Of a stretch of 64,000 nucleotides of DNA, positions 8,084 to 18,386 are shown piece by piece (position 1 is the stretch's first letter; every line of letters starts with the position of its first letter). A program made the position numbers and the translations under genes. The stretch is from an uncultured Acidobacteriota bacterium. GTDB lineage: Bacteria > Acidobacteriota > Terriglobia > UBA7540. Under the pieces are notes generated by a model, which saw only the letters and a program-made list of their open reading frames with translations, did not search any database and was not told the origin of the DNA. Where the stretch lies: assembly GCA_963804995.1 (NCBI GenBank), contig CAWDSK010000006.1:160001-224000 (forward strand), given 5' to 3'.

Positions 8084-10168
8084 TTAGAATTTAACCAGGA
8101 TATCGATATCGACGATGTTCTCCGTCCTGCGAAGATCCGGATACCAGACGCCGACTGCGCCGCATCCCCCGATGGTTGGGGACGGCGTGCCGTCGTTGCA
8201 GGCGTATTGGCTGGGGAAACCGTTATTGGTACCCGAAGGAGGTGTAATCCCTCCTGAACCTGACCAATACGGTACATTCGCGTGGCGATGATCAAACTCC
8301 CACCGGAACGTGATGTACTGCTTGGGCATCCAGTCAAAAGTGATGGAACCGTCCCAGGCTTTGAACGGGTCCCCGGGATTCTCCGTAAAGTAAGGTGAAT
8401 TGAGGGCTGCGGAAGCGGCTGATTCTCCATTGATGGGCGGGAGCAACACCAGATAGCGTCCCGGATTGTTGATCTGGCCGCCCCCGAGCGTCAGCGCATA
8501 CAAGTCCTTTTTGAACCAGAACCGGTTGTAGAGCATATAGCCGACGAAACTCTGCTTGGGACCGTTCACTGTATTGCCATGGCAACTCACACCACCGCCA
8601 AATTCGCAACCCAGATCACCGGTGAAGGTGAACGCCATCTTGTCCAGGGTTTTGAGCGGCTTGTCGTAGTATTTGACCTCCACGCTGTCGTCAGTGTGGA
8701 TGCGGCCGCGGTTTGGTATATACAGATCATCGTGGCCCAGGGTGTAATTGTTGGAAATGATGTTCATCCAAGGTTTGGGAGTCCATTTAATCTGCCCTCC
8801 CAGGCCGGGCCGGTGGTTGGCTGAGCCGTACGCCTGCCACCCATTGGTGAACCATGGCTCAATTTTCAGGTGCGCCGTGGGGAAAATCTGGATGCGCACG
8901 CCATTGAAGAACCACGGTGTGTTGGAGGAAACGTACGAAGGTTGGTAGGCCCAATTGTCGAAGTTGTAGTAGCTGAAGAGGCCGACATAGGACATGAAAA
9001 TTCCGGCATCAACGTTAATCCCGTGCAGAACATCGAAATGGTATCCCCCGTAAGCCTCCGAAACGTAGCGGTAAGCATTGGCGAGATCCCATTGACCGTT
9101 GGCGGGGCTCGGGTCATTGCGCGGGGTGGTTACGGAATACATGCCAAACTGGGTCATCAAGCGGGCGCGAACGTTGTCATAGTGAAAGTCGCCGCCCACG
9201 CCGAGCTGCTCCACCTGGACTTCATTGGAGCGGAAGATTTCACTCGACCCGCCCATCGAGTGGTCTTTGGGATGGTTGAAATCGGAGGTATAGGTAATGT
9301 CAGCTCGGATCTCGGGCGTAAAGAATTTCGAGTCCCAGTAAATATCTTTGGTGCGGGGGTTGCCGTTCAGCCAGCTCCAGTCGGCGTCTGAAAAGGGTTC
9401 CACCTTTTTGGGTTTCTCGGGGGTCGTCTCCTGCGAGGGCATAACCGCAGCCCCGACCGCAGGGGAAGCGGTGGGCGGAGTGGCGGCCAGTGGCGTCACG
9501 GCGATGGGCGTGAGTAAAGGCGCCTTGGGCTTTTCTGGCGGCTTCGAGCCTGCAGTTCCTTCCAGCGAAGCTACAAGTATGGGCGCGGCTGGGGAAGCAG
9601 GCGGGTTGACGCCTTTCTCCGGTGCAGCGACAGGGGAGGGCTGGGTCGAGATTGATGCCTGGGTGGCCGGCTTAGCTTCCTTGGCTTCCAAAACCGCCAG
9701 GCGTTGCTCCAATTGGTTGAGCCGATCGAGCAATTGCCTTTCCCGCGCGGTCAGGGGTTCATTGCCCGGGTTGTCGGTTAGCGGATTTGCAGGTGTGTCA
9801 GCGGTGCGAGCCGAAACAGTCGATCCCTTGGGACCCGTCGGAACCCGGAGAGCGAGGTCAATCAGAACGCTCTGCTGTGCCGCCAGTTCGACGGTGGTCA
9901 CAGGGGAGCTTCCGAATCCCTCTTTACTTGCCGTCAATTGGTAATGCCCCGGTTTGAGATTCGCAACCAGGAAAGCTCCACGGTCATTGCTGACGAGGCT
10001 ACGCTCGTTGTTCTCGTCCAGACTGCGCACCACGACTTGCACTCCCGGCAACGGCAATCCGGCGTCGCCGCGTGTAACCCCCTGGAGCCCGCCGAGCCTC
10101 GATTGGCCGAATGCCAGAGATGATGAAAGTGCTACCATCAATGCGCAAAGGCTGCTGATTCTCACCAT
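8084..10168 (-). CDS. Outer-membrane beta-barrel (putative porin, BBP2/DUF1597-like) with N-terminal carboxypeptidase-regulatory-like domain and Pro/Ala linker
   Basis: Signal peptide after GGAGGT SD; GHYQLTASKEGF; DAGIFMSYVG, NGWQ; terminal Phe (ILVKF). Confidence 0.75.
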   Translation of the reverse strand: MVRISSLCALMVALSSSLAFGQSRLGGLQGVTRGDAGLPLPGVQVVVRSLDENNERSLVSNDRGAFLVANLKPGHYQLTASKEGFGSSPVTTVELAAQQSVLIDLALRVPTGPKGSTVSARTADTPANPLTDNPGNEPLTARERQLLDRLNQLEQRLAVLEAKEAKPATQASISTQPSPVAAPEKGVNPPASPAAPILVASLEGTAGSKPPEKPKAPLLTPIAVTPLAATPPTASPAVGAAVMPSQETTPEKPKKVEPFSDADWSWLNGNPRTKDIYWDSKFFTPEIRADITYTSDFNHPKDHSMGGSSEIFRSNEVQVEQLGVGGDFHYDNVRARLMTQFGMYSVTTPRNDPSPANGQWDLANAYRYVSEAYGGYHFDVLHGINVDAGIFMSYVGLFSYYNFDNWAYQPSYVSSNTPWFFNGVRIQIFPTAHLKIEPWFTNGWQAYGSANHRPGLGGQIKWTPKPWMNIISNNYTLGHDDLYIPNRGRIHTDDSVEVKYYDKPLKTLDKMAFTFTGDLGCEFGGGVSCHGNTVNGPKQSFVGYMLYNRFWFKKDLYALTLGGGQINNPGRYLVLLPPINGESAASAALNSPYFTENPGDPFKAWDGSITFDWMPKQYITFRWEFDHRHANVPYWSGSGGITPPSGTNNGFPSQYACNDGTPSPTIGGCGAVGVWYPDLRRTENIVDIDILVKF

Positions 10169-10265
10169 GGAAATAACCTCCCTGTGTAAATCCGCAAGCT
10201 TCTGGTGATCCCCCAAGCCCTTCTTAGTCAGGATACAAAACTCCACATCAAGAACGTCTAAATGG

Positions 10266-10551
10266 GCTGGTGTCTCAGTTTGAATCTCCATCTTAGAGTT
10301 TTTCCCGAACGAACTCGACCAGGACGTACCCGATGAGCGCGGCCATCACAGCAATTACAAAATTCTCCGTGGTAAAAATATCTCCGATAGCCCAAATCAA
10401 GCCCATTTTCTGCCCCATACCTGAGCGGCCAAATTCCCCCATCAAAAGATTGGAGTAAAACAGGAATATAATGAAACCTGCCTCGATTATCGCACGCCAA
10501 GCCTTTTTCATCGTTGTCCAGCCCGGACAAAATTCAAACTGAGACACTACC
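10266..10551. mobile_element. 286-bp non-autonomous insertion cassette with one passenger gene; 8-bp TSD CTAAATGG
   Basis: TIRs GCTGGTGTCTCAGTTTGAA / TTCAAACTGAGACACTACC; CTAAATGG at 10258-10265 and 10552-10559. Confidence 0.88.
10293..10511 (-). CDS. 72-aa two-helix membrane protein (passenger)
   Basis: MKKAWRAIIEAGFIIFLFYSNLLMGEF...FVIAVMAALIGYVLVEFVREKL fills the element. Confidence 0.7.
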   Translation of the reverse strand: MKKAWRAIIEAGFIIFLFYSNLLMGEFGRSGMGQKMGLIWAIGDIFTTENFVIAVMAALIGYVLVEFVREKL

Positions 10552-10578
10552 CTAAATGGGTAATAAGGATTCCATAAA
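10552..10578 (-). promoter_or_regulatory. KdpE-like direct-repeat operator, split by the insertion cassette
   Basis: TTTATG-N5-CTTATT-N5-TTTAG, 11-bp period, resembling E. coli TTTATA-N5-TTTACA. Confidence 0.55.
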
Positions 10579-10842
10579 TGACGGAACCCACCGGTTAGTT
10601 CGAAATCAGAAGTTCAAAAATCCAGAACCCATCTAAGTGCTGTCCTGAGAATGAGTTGTCCCGTGCAAATCGAGCTTCGTGCAAGTTGGATTTATGCCAT
10701 GCAATCTACCGGAACTGCACGGGTCACCCTTAAATTCACGATTTTCGCGAATTCGCGGGTTTTTCAACTTACGGATTCGCGGTTGGTCCTGAAGGGCACA
10801 CGAAGAACCCTCGGCCAGATACGTCGTGATGGTGACTCGGAA

Positions 10843-11424
10843 TCAGGGAAGTGGAAAACGCTTGTCCAGCTCCATATTCAGGGCCAGGACATTGACCCGC
10901 GGCTCGCCCATAAAGCCCAGGGTCCGACCCTGCGTGTTCTGCGCAATGAATTGCTGCACCTGTTCGAGGCTTACGCCGCGCGCTTGGGCGACTCGGGGCG
11001 CCTGCGCCAGAGCCGAGGCGGGGCTCAGGTCCGGATCCAACCCGCTGCCCGAGGTGGTGAGCAGGTCGGCAGGAATGGGACCGTCGTAGCCCGGGTTTTC
11101 CTTGCGGAACTTGTCGACGTCAGCTTTGACTCGATCCATCAGCTTCTGGTTCGTAGGACCGAAGTTGGTGGCATTCGAGGCGCTGGCATCGTAACCATCG
11201 TTGCCGGCGGCGGAGGGCCGAGGATGAAAGTATTGAGGCTTCGAGAAATTCTGGCCAATCAAAGCGGAGCCTACGATTCTTCCCTCCACATTGATGAGGC
11301 TGCCGTTGGCGCGGCGAGGAAACAACATCTGGCAAAGGCCCGTAACGATTCCGGGATAGATGAGGCCGGTCAGGACGGTCATCACGAAGGTCATCCGAAG
11401 AGCCGGAAGAAGCTGGTAACGCAT
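10843..11424 (-). CDS. kdpC: K+-transporting ATPase subunit C
   Basis: [43 protein letters not shown]. Confidence 0.98.
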   Translation of the reverse strand: MRYQLLPALRMTFVMTVLTGLIYPGIVTGLCQMLFPRRANGSLINVEGRIVGSALIGQNFSKPQYFHPRPSAAGNDGYDASASNATNFGPTNQKLMDRVKADVDKFRKENPGYDGPIPADLLTTSGSGLDPDLSPASALAQAPRVAQARGVSLEQVQQFIAQNTQGRTLGFMGEPRVNVLALNMELDKRFPLP

Positions 11425-11433
11425 CGTATCTCC

Positions 11434-13542
11434 TTAGGCCAGGTGCAACAGGCCGAGCAGCCGGTCAATCAGCCAAATGCCCGGAAAAGGCGCGATGATG
11501 CCGCCGACACCGTAGATCAACAAGTTCTTGCGTAACATTTGGGCGGCACCTTGGGGCCGATACTTAACACCCCGCAGGGCCAACGGGACCAGCGCAATGA
11601 TAATCAGCGCGTTGAAGATAACCGCCGCCAGGACCGCACTTTGCGGCGTATGCAAATGCATAATATTCAACGCATTGAGTGCCGGATAAGTTGCCATGAA
11701 CATGGCCGGAATGATGGCGAAGTATTTCGCCACATCGTTGGCGATGGAAAACGTGGTCAGGGCGCCGCGCGTGATCAGGAGCTGCTTGCCGATGGCCACA
11801 ATTTCGATCAGCTTGGTGGGATTGCTGTCCAGATCCACCATGTTCCCGGCTTCCTTGGCGGCCATGGTGCCCGTGTTCATGGCCACGCCGACATCGGCCT
11901 GCGCGAGGGCAGGCGCATCATTGGTGCCGTCGCCGGTCATGGCCACCAGGCGGCCTTGCGCCTGCTCTTTCTTGATGTACTCCATCTTGTCTTTGGGTGT
12001 GGCCTGGGCGAGGAAATCATCCACTCCCGCTTCATTCGCAATCGCCGCGGCGGTCAGCGGATTGTCTCCGGTGATCATGACAGAGCGGATTCCCATGGTC
12101 CGCAATTGACCAAGACGGTCACGCATGCCGCCTTTGACGATATCCTTGAGGTGCACGATCCCCAGCAATTGCCCCCCGTCCGCCACCGCCAGGGGTGTGC
12201 CTCCCATGCGGGAGATGCGATCCGAAATCTCGCTGAAGTCCGGCGGAACCTTGCCGCCTTTTTCGATCACGAACTGCACGATGGCGTCGGTGGCTCCCTT
12301 GCGCAGATGGCGGCCATTCATATCAACGCCGCTCATGCGGGTGTACGCGGAGAACGGAATGAAGTGCGCCTCGTGTTCGGCTACCTCACGCCCGCGGAGG
12401 TTGTAGGCTTGCTTGGCGAGCACCACGATCGACCGGCCCTCGGGAGTTTCATCGGCCAGGCTGGCGAGTTGGGCGGCGTCCGCCAACTCGGCTCCGGTCA
12501 CGCCCTGGGCGGGCAGGAACTCAACGGCCTGCCGATTGCCCAGCGTGATAGTGCCGGTCTTATCGAGGAGCAGCGTGTTGACATCACCCGAGGCCTCTAC
12601 CGCCTTGCCGCTCATGGCCAGCACGTTGTGCTGCATGACGCGATCCATGCCCGCGATGCCGATGGCGGAAAGCAAGCCCCCAATCGTGGTGGGGATCAGG
12701 CACACCAGCAGCGAAACCAGCACGGCGACACTGGGTATCTCTCCACTGCCTGCGGAGGACACGGCGTAGGCGGAAAAGGGTTGCAAGGTTACGACGGCCA
12801 GCAGGAAGATCAGTGTCAGGCCGGCAATCAGAATATTGAGGGCGATCTCGTTGGGAGTCTTCTGGCGTTCCGCGCCTTCGACCAACGCAATCATGCGATC
12901 CAAGAACGTTTCGCCCGGGTTGGAGGTGATCCGAACTCTGATTTGGTCAGAAAGGATCCTTGTCCCGCCTGTGACCGCACTGCGATCCCCACCCGATTCG
13001 CGAATTACCGGAGCACTTTCACCGGTGATGACGGACTCATCCACCGTTCCTATTCCTTCGATGACCTCGCCATCGCCGGGAATGATGTCGCCCGCTGTGC
13101 AGATCACGATGTCTCCGGCCCGAAGCTGGGAAGCTGGAACCATCTCCGTTTCCTGACCTCGCGTGATGCGCCGCGCCAGCGAATCCGTTTTGGTCTTGCG
13201 CAGAGTGTCGGCCTGCGCCTTGCCACGCGCCTCGGCCATGGCCTCCGCAAAATTGGCGAAAAGCACCGTGAACCATAACCACAAGGCAATCTGCAAAGAG
13301 AAACCCACCCCCGGAGCACGGAGGAGGAGGTCGCGAACCAGGAACACCGAGGTCAGCGCGGCTCCCACCTCCACCACAAACATGACGGGATTTTTGGCGA
13401 GGGTGGCAGGACTCAACTTCCGGAACGAATCTTGCACCGCACGCTTCACGATGGGTGGATCGAAGAGCGGACGGGCCCGCCCCAGTTTCTTGGGGAGGAG
13501 CGTCGCCTCTTCCGTGGGGGGAAGCGCTACAAGTGTGGCCAT
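11434..13542 (-). CDS. kdpB: K+-transporting P-type ATPase subunit B
   Basis: [25 protein letters not shown]. Confidence 0.99.
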   Translation of the reverse strand: MATLVALPPTEEATLLPKKLGRARPLFDPPIVKRAVQDSFRKLSPATLAKNPVMFVVEVGAALTSVFLVRDLLLRAPGVGFSLQIALWLWFTVLFANFAEAMAEARGKAQADTLRKTKTDSLARRITRGQETEMVPASQLRAGDIVICTAGDIIPGDGEVIEGIGTVDESVITGESAPVIRESGGDRSAVTGGTRILSDQIRVRITSNPGETFLDRMIALVEGAERQKTPNEIALNILIAGLTLIFLLAVVTLQPFSAYAVSSAGSGEIPSVAVLVSLLVCLIPTTIGGLLSAIGIAGMDRVMQHNVLAMSGKAVEASGDVNTLLLDKTGTITLGNRQAVEFLPAQGVTGAELADAAQLASLADETPEGRSIVVLAKQAYNLRGREVAEHEAHFIPFSAYTRMSGVDMNGRHLRKGATDAIVQFVIEKGGKVPPDFSEISDRISRMGGTPLAVADGGQLLGIVHLKDIVKGGMRDRLGQLRTMGIRSVMITGDNPLTAAAIANEAGVDDFLAQATPKDKMEYIKKEQAQGRLVAMTGDGTNDAPALAQADVGVAMNTGTMAAKEAGNMVDLDSNPTKLIEIVAIGKQLLITRGALTTFSIANDVAKYFAIIPAMFMATYPALNALNIMHLHTPQSAVLAAVIFNALIIIALVPLALRGVKYRPQGAAQMLRKNLLIYGVGGIIAPFPGIWLIDRLLGLLHLA

Positions 13543-13546
13543 CAGA

Positions 13547-15361
13547 TCAACTCCAAATTGGGAAAGACAACATTGAGAAAAGCTTTCCTTGCATCATCAG
13601 GAAATGCTCGACGATCGGGCCCAGGGACAAAGCCGGGAAGTAAGTCAAAGCGCCGACGATGATCACGGTGCCAATCAGCAAGCCGACAAACAGCGCGCCG
13701 TGCGTCGGCAACGTGCCGCTGGTCGTGGGAATTTTCTTCTTGGCTGCCAGGCTGCCGGCTACCGCCAGCATCGGAATAATGAACAGGAAGCGGCCGATCA
13801 GCGTGGCCAATCCGAGGCTGAAGTTGTACCAGGGAGTGTTTCCATTGAGCCCGGCGAAAGCGCTTCCGTTATTTCCGTTGGTGCTGGTATAGGCGTAGAG
13901 GATCTCGCTGAATCCATGCGGGCCATTGTTGTTGAGGTTGGCCGTGGCAGCCCCCGGCGGGTTCAGATAGCCATTCTGCTTGAATTTGGCGACGGAACTA
14001 ATCCCGGTAAAAACCAGGATGTTTGCGGCCATCAGGATCAGCGCCAGCATGGCCATCTTCACTTCTTTTTGTTCGATCTTTTTGCCAATGTATTCCGGAG
14101 TGCGGCCCACCATCAGTCCGGCAATGAATACGGCCAGGATGGCAAAGAGCAACATGCCCTTGATGCCCGCGCCCACACCTCCAAAAACCACTTCCCCAAG
14201 CTGGATGTTGAAAAGGGGCACCAGGCCGCCGAGCGGGGTGAAGCTGTCGTGCATGCCGTTCACCGCGCCGCAACTTGCGTCTGTGGTGATCACGGCAAAG
14301 AGCGCGGTGGAGGCGATGCCGAAGCGAACCTCCTTGCCTTCCATGTTCCCGCCTGGCTGCACATTACTGGCCTTGGTCGCGAGGCCAAACTTCGCCAGGT
14401 TCGGATTGCCTGCCTGTTCTGCCGGGTAACAAACCAAGACCCCCGCCAGGAACAGGACACTCATGGCCGCAAACAACGCCCAGCCCTGACGCCTGTCTTC
14501 GACCATCCTGCCGAAGGTGTAAGTGAGGCCGGCGGGGATGGCGAAGATCATGAACATCTGGAGGAAGTTGGTGAGGGGCGTGGGGTTTTCAAAGGGATGG
14601 GAGGAATTGGTATTGAAAAAACCTCCGCCGTTTGTCCCCACCATCTTGATGGCCTCTTGGGAAGCGACCGGGCCCTGCGCGATGGTCTGCGTGGCGCCTT
14701 CCAAAGTATTCGCCGTGGTGAAGGGTTTAAAATTCTGAATCACGCCCTGCGAGCAAAGGAAGAGCGCACCGAGTAGGGAGAGGGGTAGAAAAATGTAAAG
14801 CGTCGCCCGCACCAGATCCACCCAGAAGTTGCCGATGCTATTGCTCTGCTTGCGCGCAAAGCCCCGAATCAGGGCGACGGAAACGGCCACGCCCGCGGCG
14901 GCGGAGACAAAGTTCTGAACTGTGAGGACGGTCATCTGCACGAAATAGCTGAACGTCGTCTCACCGCCATAGTTTTGCCAGTTGGTGTTGGTCACGAAAC
15001 TGGCGGCCGTATTGAAGGCAAGATCCGCGGTCACTTGAGTTGCCCCGGCAGGTGCTTGCCCCGTCCCGAAATGCATGAGATTCAGGGGTAGGAATCCCTG
15101 GAGCCTCTGGATCACGTACGCGAAGATAAAACTCATCAGGCTGAAGGCTATCAGCGACGCGGCATACTGGCTCCAGCGCTGGTCGGAAGTCTCGCGGATG
15201 CGGCATAGGCGGTAAGTCAGCTTCTCCAGAGGGCGCAGTACGGGGTGAAGAAAGGTGCGCTCACCCGCGAAGAGCCGGGTCATAAAGACGCCCAAAGGCT
15301 TCGTCACCAGCAGGATCAACAGAAAGTAAACAGCGATATTCAAAACGCCGATCGAGGTCAT
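13547..15361 (-). CDS. kdpA: K+-transporting ATPase subunit A (intact)
   Basis: All four filter motifs TNTNWQ, GTNGGG, ASCGAV, GNNGSA. Confidence 0.99.
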   Translation of the reverse strand: MTSIGVLNIAVYFLLILLVTKPLGVFMTRLFAGERTFLHPVLRPLEKLTYRLCRIRETSDQRWSQYAASLIAFSLMSFIFAYVIQRLQGFLPLNLMHFGTGQAPAGATQVTADLAFNTAASFVTNTNWQNYGGETTFSYFVQMTVLTVQNFVSAAAGVAVSVALIRGFARKQSNSIGNFWVDLVRATLYIFLPLSLLGALFLCSQGVIQNFKPFTTANTLEGATQTIAQGPVASQEAIKMVGTNGGGFFNTNSSHPFENPTPLTNFLQMFMIFAIPAGLTYTFGRMVEDRRQGWALFAAMSVLFLAGVLVCYPAEQAGNPNLAKFGLATKASNVQPGGNMEGKEVRFGIASTALFAVITTDASCGAVNGMHDSFTPLGGLVPLFNIQLGEVVFGGVGAGIKGMLLFAILAVFIAGLMVGRTPEYIGKKIEQKEVKMAMLALILMAANILVFTGISSVAKFKQNGYLNPPGAATANLNNNGPHGFSEILYAYTSTNGNNGSAFAGLNGNTPWYNFSLGLATLIGRFLFIIPMLAVAGSLAAKKKIPTTSGTLPTHGALFVGLLIGTVIIVGALTYFPALSLGPIVEHFLMMQGKLFSMLSFPIWS

Positions 15362-15370
15362 GGTCTCCTC

Positions 15371-15454
15371 TTAAAACCGCTCGGGCCGCAGCAAGGCATA
15401 TACGAGATAACCAAACAGGAGTAGTGCCGCAACGCCGGCAATTATGTAATCCAT
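15371..15454 (-). CDS. kdpF: K+-transporting ATPase subunit F (27 aa; not in ORF track)
   Basis: MDYIIAGVAALLLFGYLVYALLRPERF*, canonical YLxYALxxPERF, GGAG SD, directly upstream of kdpA. Confidence 0.95.
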   Translation of the reverse strand: MDYIIAGVAALLLFGYLVYALLRPERF

Positions 15455-15497
15455 CGAGCCGTCTCCCTCTAGCGACTGGGTATAATCCTCAACCCGG

Positions 15498-15565
15498 TCT
15501 CGAAACTCGAAAATCGAAATTCGAGGTGGAACTCACGATCTTCGATTTTCGAATATCGATTTTCG
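15498..15565. repeat. Inverted heptamer arrays (TCGAAAM / TTTTCGA) forming a hairpin
   Basis: ctcgaaactcgaaaatcgaaattcga...ttcgattttcgaatatcgattttcg. Confidence 0.6.
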
Positions 15566-15575
15566 CCCTTCTTCT

Positions 15576-15659
15576 TTAGAGCCGGTCACAGGCGCGGGTA
15601 AAGATCCAGCATCCGGCGAAGAACGCAATGCCAATCAGGATGTATGCCAAGTCCAACAT
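15576..15659 (-). CDS. 27-aa single-helix kdp-associated micropeptide (not in ORF track)
   Basis: MLDLAYILIGIAFFAGCWIFTRACDRL*; GAGGTGA SD overlapping the upstream stop. Confidence 0.8.
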   Translation of the reverse strand: MLDLAYILIGIAFFAGCWIFTRACDRL

Positions 15660-15666
15660 GGCAGTA

Positions 15667-16149
15667 TCACCTCAATTCCGCAAAAATCACTTGATGCCCA
15701 TCCCTTTCGAGCGTTCCCGCCAGCCTCTGCTCAGGGGTAGGCCACCAACGCTTCCGGCCCCCCATGATCACGAGGGATCCAGACTTTAGGATAAGCCGCA
15801 GTGTCCGCTGTTTGTCGCGACACAGATAGATGTTCGCGGCAATCTCCATCGGTACCCGGCTTGCCAAAGTGCGGATTTGCCCTTCCAGGAATTCTATCGA
15901 TACTGCCGGCTTGCTCAGGGGAAGAGTATAAGGCACTTCATAGGGCATGAGTAAGCGTAACCGCGCCTCCAGACGCTTGGCCAGTCGCTCGGCCATTTCG
16001 AGGGCTGCCAGTGTACCGGTGGCATCTGTAAAGACCACGGAGACTTCCAACCTTTGGTTGTCGTCACTTTCCGGCTGATCAGGTTCGTAATATCTCAGCC
16101 TGGAAAGCGGATGAACGACCACACACTCAAAACCTGAAGTGATTCTCAT
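15667..16149 (-). CDS. Stand-alone USP-like protein, first gene of the kdp operon
   Basis: VSVVFTDATGTLAALEMAERLA...LVIMGGRK fold pattern; start placed downstream of the operator. Confidence 0.65.
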   Translation of the reverse strand: MRITSGFECVVVHPLSRLRYYEPDQPESDDNQRLEVSVVFTDATGTLAALEMAERLAKRLEARLRLLMPYEVPYTLPLSKPAVSIEFLEGQIRTLASRVPMEIAANIYLCRDKQRTLRLILKSGSLVIMGGRKRWWPTPEQRLAGTLERDGHQVIFAELR

Positions 16150-16182
16150 CGAGGTCCCAGAACACAATGGTGCTCGGAGACC

Positions 16183-16221
16183 CATAAGGAAGGCATAAAG
16201 AGTTGGTCAGGATTTCATTAG
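16183..16221 (-). promoter_or_regulatory. KdpE-like operator array upstream of the kdp operon
   Basis: CTAATG, CTGACC, TTTATG, CTTATG half-sites at exact 11-bp period. Confidence 0.6.
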
Positions 16222-16495
16222 CCAGCGCTGGGCTGACCTCCGCCGGTGTGCAGCTCTTCCTGCGCCAGTTGAACGATTTGTCGTGACGAAAAACCCGGCA
16301 CGAGGCAGGCGTCGAGCGCCGCTACGATTCACGCATTTCCGTTTCGGAAAACGCCCCGGAACCGGCACGCCTCATCCCGATTGACGATGTGCAGTTGCCG
16401 CTGAGGTATCGGGCGTGAGAGAATCCTGCAGTCACGGCTGCACTGACGGTAATGGTTACCCGCTGTCTGAAATTCCATTACGTCGATTGTTGTTT

Positions 16496-18348
16496 ATGCA
16501 CAACCACACTCACGATCATGGCACGGGGCTTAGTCAGGAGGCGCTCGCGACCCTTCAGCGGGGGCTCACCGAACTCTTGCGGATGACGGAAGGCATGGTG
16601 TTCCGGCCTGTTGCCTCTGAGCGCTATCCGCTACCTTTGGCCCTGGCGGTTTACGGAGAGGTCCCTGACCCCGAGCGTGTTCGAAGCGAAGTGCGTGCAG
16701 GCATCGAGTCCGAGCCCCTCCGCGTGCTTGAGGCAAGCCTGGCGCTGCTGGAGCTTTACGCCTGCAACCAGCCTGGCGTATGCGCAGCGGTGCCCGACGA
16801 CGACGCGTTCCTTACGGAGGTCTTCGCGAGCAAGCGCAGGAATGGCTGGATCGTTCTGCTCGGCGATGCGAACCAGGTTGAAACACAGACTGCGGTAAAC
16901 GCCCGCTGGCAGTTTAAATTCCTCGAAGCGGGGGAGACGGTGTACCAGCCTTTACGTCTTGCTGAATGTGTTGGCGCGTTACGCCTTCGTATACGGACGG
17001 ATACCGCCCGGCGACACCCATCTGCTCGGACACTTCATCGAAGACATTACCTCGGGATTGGTCGTGGGGCGCGGAAAACTGAATGACCTGGAGTTGACCC
17101 TATCTCTGGCCGCCATGCGGATCGGTGTTCCGGCCATCACGCCTCAAGGCTATCCCTTCCAGCTCGGACGCCACGTCCGTGCCGGCACTTTGCCTGAAAT
17201 CGTCGATGCCGTGGCGAGTTTCCCCAGCGTCCGGCGCCTACTGGATCATGCCGACATCCCGCCTTTACCCGACTACTTGAACCCCGGGGAAGCCCAGCCG
17301 CGCTTCCAGCTCGGCAAAACGTGGGGAGACACGCCCGAGAGCTTTTATCTTCTGCGCAAAGGGCGGGTGGAAGTCCCCGGCGTCAGCGTGATGGGAACAC
17401 CTTCTGGAGCGATGGGGATTCTGCTGACGGTTGACGCCGAGCCCCTGGACGCTTTCGACCGCCGGTATATCGAGTCTCGCGCGGCGCGCGTCTTTTCAAA
17501 GAATGCGCGGGGTTTCGGCGAGACATTCCTCCGGGAGGCTGGTGTTGGGACTGGCGCGCGACTTCGATCTGCCCCCGGAGCGGATTGGCGAGTCCTTGAT
17601 CGCGGCAGTCCGCAATGAGTTTCCGCGAATCGTCAAATTGCGTGCGGAAGTCATCTTCGACCGCGAGCGCCTGAACGACCTGGAGGTCGAAGTCTCGGCC
17701 GAAAGGACCGAGCGGAAGCGGGAAATCGCTGCGGCAACCGAGGAGAGCGTTCCCGAGTTCGTCACCTGCGTAGGTTGCTCGGCTTTTGCGCCCGACCATG
17801 TGTGCATTCTCACGCCCGAGCGGCCCCCGCAGTGCGGCCGCGCCTACGAGTTCATCAAAACCGGGGCACTCTATGGGTACGATGACATGACCAACATCCA
17901 TCACCGTGAGTTGCATTTCGGCGTTAATTCTTTTGGCACCTGCTCGAAGGGCGAGTTGCTGGATCCCACCGCCGGGGAGTGGTCAGGCGTCAACCAGGCG
18001 GCAGCGCGTCTGACGGGAGGAAGGATCACGCGCGTCCAACTGCATTCCCTCGACGAAGCGCCACACACCGGCTGCGGTTGCTTTCAGTTGATCCTGTTCA
18101 AGACGGACCTGCCCAAGCCTGGAATCGGTATCATGGAGCGTGGCTACAAGGGACTTGCACCGGACGGCCGCACTTGGCGCGACCTGCATTATGCCTTGGG
18201 CGGGAAGCAGACCCCTGGCCTCGCCGGCGCGGCGTGGGGATACCTCCAATCGCCGAAGTTTCTGGCTGCCCACGGTGGGAGGGAAAGCGTTGTGTGGGCC
18301 AGTCCTAAGGTTGCAGCCTTGATGCCACCTGCGGACGGACGAGTGTAA
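16496..18348 (+). CDS. acsB: Divergent acetyl-CoA synthase (AcsB/CdhC family), read through two apparent frameshifts (~16940, ~17500)
   Basis: FVTCVGCSAFAPDHVCILTPERPPQCG, PHTGCGCFQ, GGKQTPG, SPKFLAAHGG; N-terminal and middle ORFs resemble bacterial AcsB domains 1-2. Confidence 0.85.
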
Positions 18349-18386
18349 ACGGGTGGCACAGCGCGGCGGAGCCACAACCAACGGAT

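Noticed and set aside
11539..14776. Long plus-strand ORFs (579 aa, 395 aa)
   Set aside because: Antisense shadows of kdpB and kdpA in GC-rich DNA
16496..18348. Evidence for a functional Wood-Ljungdahl pathway
   Set aside because: Only an AcsB homolog is visible; partner genes are absent from the window
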